Source of the DNA: Octopus bimaculoides
Taxonomy: Eukaryota
DNA: 64,000 nucleotides
Assembly (NCBI RefSeq): GCF_001194135.2
Contig: NC_068983.1
Location: 87,527,450 to 87,591,449, forward strand
Reading direction: 5' to 3'
A program made the translations under genes and the position numbers. The notes under the pieces are model-generated. The model was not told the origin of the DNA, made no database searches, and saw nothing but the letters and a program-made list of their open reading frames with translations. Positions within the stretch are counted from its first letter, which is position 1, and every line of letters begins with the position of its first letter. Below are positions 24,894 to 37,996 of the stretch, one piece after another.

Positions 24894-26947
24894 GTTTAAA
24901 GTGTAGCTTATAATCATTTAAGTGAAATTTATTTTATAAGTTTAACTCATAACCATTTATGTACAACCTATGAGCATTTAAATGGAGAAAAGCTGCAAAC
25001 AATATAAAATATGTGAATTAATTCTACTTATGAAAACACATCTAACTTTGAACTAAATCATTTTAGAGCAAAACTAAATATAAAGTATTTCCTACTTATC
25101 CATGCTGAGTAAAATATATACAAAGAAATATTTATAACACTTTGTTAGTCTACACCATATCATATATCCATCATTCCTAATATATACTCCAATTTTTATA
25201 CATCTAACCCTAGCCACATGCATTTGGTCCGGAAGGAGTAGTGGATATTCAGGTTGCTGTTAAAACCAAAGTTTTCTGACTCTGTGAAGCACACAGAGAA
25301 ATGTGATGTTGCATGGTGGTGAGATAAACTATGGGAGTGGAATATCAGTTGGAGGAAAATAAGCCAAGCAAAATCTGTTGGAGGTTTGTTAACATCATCA
25401 TCATCATTTAACGTCCGTGTTCCATGCTAGCAAAAGTTGGCCAGGACGAAGCCTGGCCAGGATGAAGCCTGCACCAGACTTCTGTGACTGTTTTGGCAGG
25501 ATTTTTACAGCTGGATACCCTTCCTAACACCAACCACTCAGCAGAGTGGACTTAGTGTTTTTTATGTTAACAATATGGAAATTAAAATACAAGCAATAGG
25601 AGTGGGTATTAAACATGAACCAAATAGTGTAGGAGTTACAGCTGTACTGGTATGGACATAGGATAAAAACACTCCATGTATTGTAAGGTATTAATAGAAA
25701 TTATCCCTATCAGAGGCAGGCCAAGTAAAATTTGAAAAGAAGTGGGCCTTGTACAAAATTATAAGTGTGTTGAGAGTCAATATGTTAATGGAAGACATAT
25801 CCAACCCATTTCAACAAGGAAAACTCTTGATGGTGATTATAAAGCAGTATGTGTATGTATGGTTTGATAAAATTTGTCAAAGATATGTTATCAAAACACA
25901 GAAGACAGAAACACATGCAGGCTCATCTACACATATACAATTGCTAACATCTATCTTAGAATTCTGATAAATGAAGTGTTCATAAATTCTAATAATTAAA
26001 TCATCACTTCGTTAATTATTAAGCTATTACAGACTTCTTAATATAAATATTTAATTTAATTTTTTTCATCTATTATGATCTTATCCAAATTAAAAGAGAA
26101 AAAGGAAATGCAGCTCTGCTTCAAGGACAAATACATGTAAACAAAGGAGGTGTTATTTACTGATAACCTTTCTAAACCAAGAAAATAATATATTACACTA
26201 TAACCTAAGACTTCAAAGAGTGTTTATATTCCTGGAACAATTTAATGGATAGTTAATAAACAGGGTTTATTTGGTTAAATTTTTTAAAATTGTGATTTAA
26301 CATATAGCTATAGAGATGTGTCAGAGGTACTAGTGAAGAGATGTGGACGGTAATTAGAGTTGGATATCAGTCATAAAGTCCTGCATTTGATCCAATGCAT
26401 AGCACAATGGGCAAGGGTTTTCTGAGAGAACTTTGGAAAAACTATCATCATGAAGACCATAGATAATACTAACACAGCCTAAAAATTCTGATAGAAGCAA
26501 TGGCTTCCAGAAACAATACCAGCAGTCATTGATGACATTGCTGTGTTGAAAATGAAGAAGGGATGCAAAATAGCAATGCAAAACACTTGGAGAAGTTTAT
26601 AAAGAGAATCTTATAGTAAGAGTTTATTTATTGAAAAGATGCAGGATTTTGCACAGAAACACATCCAAAAGGAGCCTGGAAAACTATTATTGATATACTA
26701 GAATATTTGAAAGAAGTCTCATGAATTTCTCAATAATGGCTACAGCAACAGTCCAGTTTACTAAGAATGAGCCTGACTGGTAGAGCAGTAGTAAAGTATA
26801 GCAATGTGTTTTGATCATATCCTGCTAGCTTGAACTGTTTCACAAGAGAAAACTCAAGAATATGCAAACAATATTTAATGCATGTTTAGAAAAGCAACCA
26901 ATATACAAGGAAAAACCAGAATCTGCACCATCTTTCAACACTTAATT

Positions 26948-27358
26948 CACAAACATACTCTTTTACTCTTTTACTTGTTTCAGTCATTTGACTGCGGCCA
27001 TGCTGGAGCACCACCTTTAGTCAAGCAAATCGACCCCAGGACTTATTCTTTGGATGCCTAGTACTTATTCTATCGGTCTCTTTTACCGAACTGCTAAGTT
27101 ATGGGGACGTAAACACACCAGCATCGGTTGTCAAGCGATGTTGGGGGGACAAACACAGACACACACACATATAAATATATATACATATATATACGACGGG
27201 CTTCTTTCAGTTTCCGTCTACCAAATCCACTCACAAGGCTTTGGTTGGCCCGAGGCTAATAGTAGAAGATACTTGCCCAAGGTGCCACGCAGTGGGACTG
27301 AACCCGGAACCATGTGGTTGGTAAGCAAGCTACTTCCCACACAGCCACTCCTACGCCT
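26948..27358 (-). mobile_element. Full-length composite octopus SINE (GGCGTAGGAGTGGCTGTGTGG family)
   Basis: The minus strand reads the tRNA-like head GGCGTAGGAGTGGCTGTGTGG..GGTTCCGGGTTCAGTCCC, a central GGCACCTTGGGCAAGT domain, a (TA)n spacer and a 3-prime half ending in CAGTCAAATGACTGAAACAAG. Other copies lie at about 7195-7500, 14140-14600, 27473-27810, 34975-35240, 54220-54366 and 61860-61960. Confidence 0.85.
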
Positions 27359-28169
27359 ACACAAATACATTTTTATATATATTCTGTGGTGCAGTGGTTA
27401 TCACATCTACTTAACACTACATAAGAGAAGGTTATGAGTTTGAAACTTGCTGGAACCCAAAGTTATCTTTAGATGTAGGCATAGCTGTGTGGTAAGAAGC
27501 TTGCTTCCCAACCACATGATTCTGGATTCAGTCCCACTGCATGGCACCTTGGGCAAAAAGTCTTCTACTATAGCCTAAGGCTGACCAAAGCCTGTTGTAT
27601 ATATGTGTGTATTTGTAGCCCACCACTGCTTTACATCTGGTGTTGTTGGTGTGTTTACATCCCCATAACTTAGTGGTTCAGTAGAAGACACCAACAGAAT
27701 AAGTACCAAGCTTAACAAAAAATAAGTACTTGGGTTGATTCATTTGACTAAAAGTTCTTTAAGGCAGTGCCCCAGCATGACCACAGTCTAATGACGGAAA
27801 CAAGGAAAAGATAAAAGATACACACACACACACACGCAGTCAGCTACTTTCAGTTTCCACCTACCAATTCTAGTCACAGGACTTTGGTCAGATGGGCTAT
27901 AGCAGAAGACCCTTGCACACAGAGCCATGCTATGGGACTGAACCTGAAACCATATGATTATATACAAGCATATAAAAATACCATATAGCATAAATTCTTG
28001 ATTTCCTATTTATATTATCTCTACCTTTATAGGTTGTGTCATAATTACTAAATGGCAATTGAGACCAACTCCAAAAAGTTCAGTTGACCTGATGGCTATC
28101 TCCAACCAGGAACTACACAACTAGACAAGAGAGATATGAAAGGTCGCGTTGCCTTTATCGTCCAACCAG

Positions 28170-28738
28170 AAGAAACCACATACTTGATTTAGTCTTTATT
28201 CATAATGTTCAAATATTTTTGTCACAACATGATACAGGATATTCTCAACTCTCTCACGGGATATGCTAATAGCACTGGCTGTTTGATTTATAGTCAATCG
28301 CCTGCCATCCATTACCATGTGGTGAACACGATAAATGCTTTCCTTGGTGGTGGCAGTTGCAGGACATCCAGACATTAGGTCATCTCATCTTCAACACTCT
28401 CCCTTCCCCTCCTAAATTCAGCTACCCACTTTTGCACTGTTAACAAAGCTGGAGCATTATCTCCTAATGTAGCAACCCTGTCAACATGCACACTCTTGGG
28501 GGCTAAACCAGTTTTCTGCAGGTACTTGATATCACACTGATGCCAAATTTTTGTCCATTTTCAAGAGAAGTTGCTATTAGTTACTTTTGAAGTCTTCTTT
28601 GAACAGTGAGATGTCAGTCTACCTGGAAAGAAACAATGCAGTTATTAATAAGAATAGTTGAACTTAATGCATGCAAGATTTCATAGCTGTAGCATCACTC
28701 ATTCAGAGTCAACCTATGACCTTTTCAGCTCATCTTCA
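28170..28738 (-). mobile_element. Truncated 5-prime half of a mariner of the 3743-4939 family
   Basis: Collinear with about 4420-4939 and ends in the same TIR (AACCTATGACCTTTTCAGCTCATCTTCA|TA). Confidence 0.8.
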
Positions 28739-30093
28739 TACCTTAATTTTGCTAATGGAATTATTTGTCATAAGGGATCTTGGTATAACAGGAAAACTCA
28801 GAGTATGGTTCTTTGATTTTCTTTGGGGTAGGAATCAATTTGTTGCTGCAAATAGTCTCCTTTATGTCAAGTCATCTGTAATAAGTGGTATGCCTTAAGG
28901 TATGGTTTGAGGAACACTATTATTTATCATCACCCTTCCTAATGCTAACCATTTGACAAAGCTTTTTCCTTACCACCAGAACTAGTGAGGTTGTCATGTA
29001 TCTCACAAAACTACAAAACCCAAGCTGGGATGGGAGGCTGCTTTATGCAAGGAGAGAGGGGTTAAAATACGGGAAGGTGGGGAGCAAAGGCTGGTTCTTA
29101 TTGTGGAAGAGCTACATGACTTTTAGAAGAGAGAGTGAGAATGGTTAGTTGGAACCACAAGTTCAGGTGGTTCTTCAAGGTAAGAGGTGAGTAGAAATGA
29201 ATAGGGACACACGAACTGGGAGTGTGAGTGGGTGTGGTTTGCAATAGTATATGAGGGTGGGGAGAGCAAAAGATGAGGTAACAAGAGGAATGTAACAACT
29301 CTAAAAATTAGACAGAGTTGAAGAGTGGATGTAGTAAGTGATGGGCGACCAACAATGCATGAAGTGGGGAAAGTAGAGAGATGTACAAGAGAGTGAAGGA
29401 GAGCAACAGAATAACAATAGTGCAATAGCTGCAGACTGACCAAAGCCCTGTGTGGAATTGAGAGATGGAAACTGAAAGAAGTTTGTCATTATATGTACAT
29501 ACATACATACATACATATGGCGTTAGGAAGGGCATCCAGCTGTAGAAACTCTGCCAAATCAGATTGGAGCCTGGTGTAGCCATCTGGTTTCATCAGTCCT
29601 CAGTCAAATCGTCCAACCCATGCTAGCATGGAAAGCGGACGTTAAACGACGATGATGATGATGATGATATATATATGTATATATATATATATTGCATGTG
29701 TATGTGTGTGTGTGTGTGTGTGTGTNNNNNNNNNNNNNNNNNNNNNNNNNNNNNNNNNNNNNNNNNNNNNNNNNNNNNNNNNNNNNNNNNNNNNNNNNNN
29801 NNNNNNNNNNNNNNNNNNNNNNNNNNNNNNNNNNNNNNNNNNNNNNNNNNNNNNNNNNNNNNNNNNNNNNNNNNNNNNNNNNNNNNNNNNNNNNNNNNNN
29901 NNNNNNNNNNNNNNNNNNNNNNNNNNNNNNNNNNNNNNNNNNNNNNNNNNNNNNNNNNNNNNNNNNNNNNNNNNNNNNNNNNNNNNNNNNNNNNNNNNNN
30001 NNNNNNNNNNNNNNNNNNNNNNNNNNNNNNNNNNNNNNNNNNNNNNNNNNNNNNNNNNNNNNNNNNNNNNNNNNNNNNNNNNNNNNNNNNNNN

Positions 30094-30148
<55 letters not shown>

Positions 30149-30539
30149 TGCATGTGTATGTGTGTGTGTGTGTGTGTGTGTGTTTCTCTGTCTTGACCTC
30201 TTGTAATTGTTGGGAACAAGTGTCCATGTTGTAGAAGCAGTTTCATTTGATTCCAATCTTTCATGGGGGAAATATTAGCTTCCTTGAAAACAAGTGAGGA
30301 CTGGTGATAGAAAAGACAAACACCCATAGAAAGCTTGCCCCAGTTAATTCTGTTTGACCATTGAAAGCATGGAAAAGGGACATTAAAACGATAATGATGA
30401 TGATATATATACATACATGTATACATGTACCCACACATACACATGTATGTCTATATGCTTGCATGTATGTATGTTCTCTTTCTGTTTTTAATTTAGAAAA
30501 AAATTCAACTGGCCACCTGCTTAACAGGTGAAGGAAAGC

Positions 30540-30955
30540 ATTTTGTTTTGGTCATCATCCTTTAAAACCTAAGGTCTTCCAGATTTTTTATAGTCCCAGA
30601 TATTGTGATCATTTGTAAGATATGAATTAAGGATTTGCATTCTCTCCTCAAGATCCCAAATACAGTCATATTTTGCTCTAGATTGGTTGGTATATATCCT
30701 GTTGCTCCAATAATAACAGACATGAAACTGAAAGTGTATCTTGGGTACTGGATTTGCAAATTCCTTTTCAATAGTCAATAGAGGTCCTCTTTCTCTTGTA
30801 TTTTTCTAACCACATTCGTGTCCAAAAGGCAGTTGATTTCCACTCCAGACTATTCTGGCCACTGCATCATGCTTCATGGGAAGATAATATCTGGGAAACA
30901 TTCTCTTGCAGTCGGCAATAGTGTGGTTGATGCCTTCAGTCTTGGTCTTGAAAAT
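30540..30955 (-). mobile_element. R4/Dong-like (RLE-clade) LINE fragment
   Basis: Peptide EGINHTIADCKRMFPRYYLPMKHDAVA corresponds to the CCHC/RHD motif preceding the restriction-like endonuclease. Confidence 0.65.
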
Positions 30956-30998
30956 TCTGTGTGTGTGTGTGTGTGTGTTTGTGTGTGTGTGTGCGTGC

Positions 30999-31029
<31 letters not shown>

Positions 31030-33206
31030 TGTGTGAGTGACGCGCGCGCACATATACTTTACAAGCTATATTACCAAGCGGAAAGCTCAGAGTACATATA
31101 ACCGCATCTCGACACTAATGTTATTTTTTTTTGAAGTTCAATTTATTACATAATGATGTAGGGTAAAGGAGATAGTACATATAGAAAGTTAAACTAAATT
31201 CTAGGTCTCTAGCACCTAGGTTTATGGCCTACATTTTTTTTTAAAGCTGTAAGTTGGTTTCAGTCAACTTTTCGACTTAACGTTTATTTCTGTAACTAAT
31301 TTTCATGTAACGAGATCTTATTTAATCAACAGTTCTTTAAATGACCTTGTTATTCTTAAAGAATATTTATGTGAAAATAGATGGAAATAAAAAAATTTCC
31401 ATTAGGAATTTGGAAATATATACATTTCGATAAAAAGAAGACAAAATATGTTGGCTGAAATGTAGAAATAATATCAATCAATAATTCATCGAAAAGACTG
31501 TGGAGATTATCTGAATTCGTTAATAGACAAGACTAATCTACTTCTGTCGACATGAGAAAAATTAAGAATGATTTTCATTTCTACTTTTTTAATGCTAGAG
31601 AGAAAAGGCCAAAGTACAAGTTCTTATTGCAGTAATTAATATACAAAGAGATGCTGCGTTGATAAACAAGGCTTATGAACAATTAACCTTTATAAGCACC
31701 CGATCGGGGTTACTTCTGACATAAAATACTAAATCTACTATGTAAAGACACCCCCACTCTCTCTCCACTTCTCCTGTCAGTTTCCAGTGTGTGTGTGTTC
31801 ATGTGTGTATATGGTGCACTGTTGATATTGATAATTATTAAATACCGGCTATTGCTTTTTATGTATCACTTAATTTTAAATTTCTCTTCTGTTCACGTGG
31901 GATGGAAAGGAGTTTTTACTTACACATCTCTTGTGAAGATTTAATGAAATATGCAAGATTATCTGAATTTTATGGATGGTTGACAGAACGAACTGCTTAA
32001 TATACGGTGCACTGTCTCGACAGAGGAGTTAGATTTAATGAAATGCGTGATATATATATGCTAACACACAACAGCTTTCATGTTTTAACTGTTGGGAGGT
32101 TGACAAAAATAAAATAAGATAAATCAATATAAGACAATGTAAATAAATCAAAGTGTACTCTTGTGTCTAGCTGCATCACAAATAGCTCTTTTATAATCTA
32201 TATAAAGAATGAACTAGAAATTCTTTTTTTCCTTTCTTCTATTTTTCTCTCCTTCCAAAGTCGCAAAACATTAATATAAACAATCAAGAAGCCTTCCGAC
32301 TTTTTAAGTACACTTGGTGAGGAAAGCGCAATTTAAGATATTTGTTTCGTTGGAAACTTTCTTTGTTCAAAGTAGGCCTAATTCTTATTCACCCAGACAA
32401 ATAGTGAAGTAAATAGAAAAATCGAGCTGGTTGAAGTACATTCAATAGACAAGCTGAGATCTTGTATTATCTTTCTTTTGTATTGTAACTACTCATTCTC
32501 TTTGTTGTTTTTTTTAATTAACAAGTGTGGTCAGTGCTTGAATCAAAGAAATCGGGGTAGCTGGAAGCAATGTTTAATAACATATAAGTGAATTTAATGA
32601 AATCCTAACTCACTCAAACATTTGTAAGTCATTAAGTTGATTTTTCAAGCTGCTAAAATCTTTTCTTCACAATTCTAAGTTACTGGCACGATGATTCAAA
32701 GTCAAATGATTAAAATAATTATGTAAAAATGCCATTTCTAAACCACATTTCGAGGATTTCAATTAATTTCTCAAAAACTAACATTTTTTTTTTTACTTAC
32801 GTCAATCAAAGATAAGTTAGAAACATTCCTTTTCATATGATTTGACATTGATCAAATTAACTCTCTTCTCGTTTGTAAGAATGAATGGCGCATAACAGCA
32901 AGATAAAAGCACTAAAGTACTGATCGTAATTTTTTTAATACAAGAAAAGGAGTGGCTAGAATGTAAAACAATAGTAAACTTGACCAAAATAGAATATCGT
33001 TAATCTCTACCATGGTATTCGGTACCCTTTTTTCAGATAATTCACTTTAAACGGATATATTTATGTATGTATATTTATGTATGTGTATATATATATATAT
33101 ATATTACAATTAAAAAGGTAAAGGATTATCAATTCATTAATAAATTAATAATTAATAGTTTTTACCAAGCCCTTCGATATGTAAACACCATTATCGGTGA
33201 CACACA

Positions 33207-33699
33207 CTAGCAGTATAGCCCGGCGCTGCCCGGGATTAAGCTAGGATTATTAAGTGATCAAGTGCTTTATTTCAAACCAAAATAAGTTACATCGACATCA
33301 GATTTGAGCGAAATCCGTTGAAATTGGTGGTACTACTAAAGCAGCACGGTCCCGTCCGCGCTAGCTAGTCTTGAGTGGTCGATCCTAACCCTAACCCTAT
33401 CCCTAACCCTAACCCTGTCCCTAACCCTAACCCTATCCCTATCCCTAACCCTAACCCTATCCCTAACCCGCGTGTGCAAATGAATACGTGTTTAGGGTTA
33501 GGGTTAGGGTTAGGATCGACCACTCACGACTAGCTAGCGCGGACGCGCGACTGCGCGTTCGGAACCGTGCTGCTTTAGTAGTACCGAAATTGGTTTGGCT
33601 GAAAATGGTTTGCTGGCAATTTGATTGGGAAATCCCATAAGGAATCAATTTATTGGTTATTTTCACTCATTGACTGTTTTTTTTTTTTTGCATTAGAGA
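33207..33699 (-). mobile_element. Non-autonomous Helitron MITE carrying a nested MULE-type MITE
   Basis: The minus strand starts A|TCTCTAATGCAAAA and ends with the hairpin CCCGGGCAGCGCCGGG followed by CTATACTG-CTAG|T, giving canonical A/TC...CTAG/T Helitron termini. Confidence 0.75.
33329..33585. mobile_element. MULE-type MITE with internal telomeric repeats
   Basis: Perfect 9-bp TSD GAAATTGGT (33320-33328 and 33586-33594). The outer 22 bp of the TIR (GGTACTACTAAAGCAGCACGGT) are perfect and the TIR continues into the repeats. (CCCTAA)-type array at 33384-33469 and (TTAGGG)3TTAGG at 33492-33514. Confidence 0.9.
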
Positions 33700-33814
33700 T
33701 CTGCATAGGAGAAGGTTAATCTGAAGGTTTGCATTGGGGATCTGGATTGGAGTAACTTAGGAAAACTTACCAACAGCCTTAACCAAAAAATAAGGGGCCT
33801 GTCCCTTCTAGGTT

Positions 33815-33984
33815 AACTCTAACCCTAAACCCTAACTGTAATCCTAAAACCCTAACTCTGACCCTAAAACCGTAACCTTAATACCAACCCTAATCCTAAC
33901 CTTAACCCTAAACCCTAAGCCTAACCTTAACCCTAATCGTAACCCTAAAACCCTAACCCTGACCCTAAAACCCTAACACCCTAG
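33815..33984 (+). repeat. Degenerate telomere-like (AACCCT)n array
   Basis: Irregular CCCTAA/CCTTAA/CCCTAAAA units spanning about 170 bp. Confidence 0.75.
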
Positions 33985-34909
33985 TGGAAATTATGCGGGT
34001 GTTAATCTGAAAAATTACCAAACCCTTTTTGTGGTCTGAAAACCGGGTTGAGTGTGGTGGAAACCCCGGAAATTTTACCTATTTATATTGTGTAATTCAC
34101 TGACAAATTGTTACATACCACTTTGTTTCATTGTTGTTAAATAAATGGATTGTCAATAAACTCTTTTCTTCGGCGTGGAATATAAACAAAACTCTTTTGC
34201 TCCCAAAGTAGGATGTTTGTGCGTGTGTGTGTGAGAGTGAGAGGGGGGAGAAAAATGAATGATTTAAAATATATGGATGATTTAAAATAAAGATATTTTA
34301 ATTGTTGTGTGAGAAAGTATATATAATCTCATTATAAAATATAGTGTCTTTCAAAAACATCCTATATTTGAAATGATATCTCATGTTTAAGAAAAAAAAA
34401 ACATTTTACGGTGACACTTACTTTGTCTTCCTTACCTACCTTTTCTTTCGTTAGACGCTTTCTGTCTCCCTCTCCCACTTTTTCTTTACTTTGTTTTGTT
34501 AGATGCTGGCAAACAATCTCTATCTCTCCCCCCTNNNNNNNNNNNNNNNNNNNNNNNNNNNNNNNNNNNNNNNNNNNNNNNNNNNNNNNNNNNNNNNNNN
34601 NNNNNNNNNNNNNNNNNNNNNNNNNNNNNNNNNNNNNNNNNNNNNNNNNNNNNNNNNNNNNNNNNNNNNNNNNNNNNNNNNNNNNNNNNNNNNNNNNNNN
34701 NNNNNNNNNNNNNNNNNNNNNNNNNNNNNNNNNNNNNNNNNNNNNNNNNNNNNNNNNNNNNNNNNNNNNNNNNNNNNNNNNNNNNNNNNNNNNNNNNNNN
34801 NNNNNNNNNNNNNNNNNNNNNNNNNNNNNNNNNNNNNNNNNNNNNNNNNNNNNNNNNNNNNNNNNNNNNNNNNNNNNNNNNNNNNNNNNNNNNNNNNNNN
34901 NNNNNNNNN

Positions 34910-34941
<32 letters not shown>

Positions 34942-35574
34942 TATATTTATGTATATGAATATATATATATAGTAGTGGCTGTGTGGTAAGTAGCTTCCTT
35001 ACCAACCACATGGTTCCTGGTTCAGTCCCATTGTGTGACACTTTGGGCAAGTGTCTTCTACTATAGCCTCGGGCCGGCCAAAGCATTGTGAGTGGATTTG
35101 GTAGACAGAAGCTGAAAGAAGACCGTCGTATATATGTATATGTGTTTGTCCTCCCAACATCGCTTGACAACCGATGCTGGTGTGTTTACATTCCTGTAAC
35201 CTAGTGGTTCAGCAAAAGAGGCAGATAGAATAAGTACTAGGCTTACAAAGCAAATTAATGTTAAAACAAGGTACAAGATATTTTGTTTAGAAATAATGAT
35301 AATAATATACATGCTTACAAGGAGAAGGTCGGATATATTTAATTAAAGTTACTAATGGTACAAACACAATTAATGTAGCATTACTGGGAAGGATTTACTT
35401 AACCAACTATAGAAGGAGAAAATAAAGGACAAGTGGCGATGGAGGCAGAAATAGATATTATTTAAGATAATATTAAAAGATATTATTCAGAGGACATTTG
35501 GTAAAAAAAAAAAAAAAAAAAANNNNNNNNNNAAAAATAATACCTAAAAACTTAAACTAGTAAGAAGGATGGAA

Positions 35575-35994
35575 TTAATGATAATATATGAAGGTATGAC
35601 TCTGCCAGTGCTTACATCGATACGCTCTCTGTGTTATCTGGTTTACTAGATGATTCTTGGAGAACAAAATATGGAAAAGCTCCAAGTTACAAAGAGGACA
35701 AAAATCCTTACCTTTGTCGTAGGGAACTGAGGTAGCCAGTATAGACCATTCCAAAGTGAATTGCTTATTGCAATCTTTCAGTTCCCAAATAAATTTACTT
35801 AGGCCAGTGCTGTTAGCTTTATTCCTATCCCTAAATGAAAAATAATGGTCCGATATTCTCTTGGAGACCTGCGTCGATGAGATACCTACGTAAAATGAGG
35901 CATCTGTGTAAGACATTACCTTACATTGATAAACCACATTCTTGGTCTTGGCATTCACACTTAAAAACTTAATTCTATTAGGATTTGATTCCAA
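35575..35994 (-). mobile_element. Penelope-like element C-terminal GIY-YIG endonuclease (uninterrupted 139-codon frame, 5-prime truncated)
   Basis: Peptide NVVYQCKV..FYVGISST..KRISDH..SF..NST.LSKFIWELK..WSIL..CPLCNLE..RCKH shows the PLE GIY-YIG and CCHH-type motif pattern. Confidence 0.85.
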
Positions 35995-36008
35995 GATGCG
36001 AGAATGTA

Positions 36009-36440
36009 CTAGCTGAGATACCCGGCGTTGCTCAGGAGTGAAATGGCATATTTGTTTATTCTTACCTTTTACTTGTTTAAAATATTTGACTGTGGCGTTA
36101 ATGGAAAATTGCTTTTAGTTGAACGAATTGACCCCCAAGTAGTCATTCTTTCGGCCTGTTTTGTGAACGGAGTAATTTATGGGGACATAAACATACCTAC
36201 ATCAGTTGGCAAGCAATATATATATATATATATATATATTAATACACACACATATATGTATATGAATATAAATACATGATTGTACATGAAGTTTGGTAAA
36301 AGAAGGTGATCAGTATTTTTGGTCTAAAACACTACATGGACCATAAGTAAGGCATTTGTAAAATTTGAATGAAATTAGTTGTGTAGTTCTCAAGTTTTAG
36401 GGATTCGCACAGACAGACACACAGACACACATTGTCTAGA
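36009..36440 (-). mobile_element. Non-autonomous Helitron-like element (3-prime end clear, 5-prime end uncertain)
   Basis: The minus-strand terminus is CCTGAGCAACGCCGGGTATCTCAG-CTAG|T. There is an (ACAG)n tract near 36410 and a SINE fragment inside. Confidence 0.6.
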
Positions 36441-36974
36441 CTTCTATTTTTCAGTGGCAGGTATTAGTATGTATGTGTGTATTTGTATGTATGTATTAGT
36501 GTGTATTCTGTGTATATATATATATATAGTAGTAAGTAAATGTGTTTCAAAAAAGATTTTCAAGAAACTCCCAGTTTGTAGGGAATAAATGTTTGACTGT
36601 CGATCGTATTTGGAAAAGACTGACAGGTATTTGTACGAGTAACTTTTAATAGTGTATCAAAGTAATTATAGTAATTAACCTAAGTAAATGGCAATACATG
36701 TTATAAAGTAATAAAAGATTAAATTACGTGAAGAAATGGATTTTGAATAAATACATATATAAATGCATATTTAAACAAAATCAGAATTATCCCTCAGAAA
36801 TAATGTGCGTCCTTGTATATTACTTTATGACATAAAGGTATATTAATAAAAGCAGAACTCAGTATTAGACAGAATATAGAAGTTAAGTACGAGTAGGAAG
36901 AGAATATCTTGAAATATAAGTCTAGATAAAGAATAGAATAATTTAAAACTGGATTTGAGAGAGATGTACGAAGA

Positions 36975-37059
<85 letters not shown>

Positions 37060-37544
37060 GGCATACGGACCTATACAGAAAAGCACATAAATATAAATAT
37101 ATATATATACAACATACGATATACTTACATATACGAACGTATACATACATACATATACATGCATGTATGCACAAAACCAGTTTAAATTGCCCGCCTAAAA
37201 ACTGAGTATATTTCTGAGTATATTCCACTGATGTGGCAAAGCATTTCTTATGCAGAGCCAAAAATCTGGGATCTGGAATTATCCAGTAATTTTTGCTAGT
37301 TTATTTTGTCTCTTCGTCTTCCTTGTTGGTGCTATATGAACATTTATTGTGGTTTTAGAGTCAAGCTTTGACTGCTATTTTCAGCGTGGTGGTATCTCTT
37401 AGATACCCTAAATTATAATTTTAAATAATTATTACCTTTGATGGTTTTTATTCCCATGCTGGCCACTTGATAAAATCGGTATTTAAATATCGATCTTATC
37501 CTTATTTATATAAATTTATATATATATATATATATATAGGTATA

Positions 37545-37903
37545 AAAATATATATGTTATAATTTAGAACAAAGAGTAAAAGGTTGTCATTATAGTATTT
37601 AGAGTTTCGAATGGCGGAGCGAAGAGTTACAATACATTCTCGTTGGCTATTAATGGCAACAGACACTATGAAAAACCATTGAATATAAGGGAAGTTACTC
37701 TAAAAAAGGTAGAAAAAGAAAAAAGATAAAAATAAAACCATATTCTCACAATACATAGACATAAACCTCCTTCGTTCACACCGTCTATATACGTACACAC
37801 TCACACAAACATGTATACGTACATGCACATACACACGCACAAAAATATATGTGTGTAATGCCTCATACAAGCACACATATCCACACACACACACGTGTGT
37901 GTG

Positions 37904-37941
<38 letters not shown>

Positions 37942-37951
37942 NNNNNNNNNN

Positions 37952-37996
<45 letters not shown>

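Noticed and set aside
29668-30183. Apparent direct repeat on both sides of the 29726-30093 gap
   Set aside because: The same (TA)n-TTGCATGTGTATG-(TG)n string on both contig ends most likely reflects an unmerged overlap, i.e. an assembly artefact.
29652-30234. Long ORFs spanning N gaps (also 252-710, 34411-35170, 44753-46023, 50465-51173, 54175-55094)
   Set aside because: These are open only because N runs contain no stops, and the flanks are microsatellites or TE pieces.
33384-33514. Interpretation as a true chromosome end or telomere-fusion site
   Set aside because: The arrays are short, internal, enclosed by TIRs and a TSD, and oriented opposite to a fusion scar.
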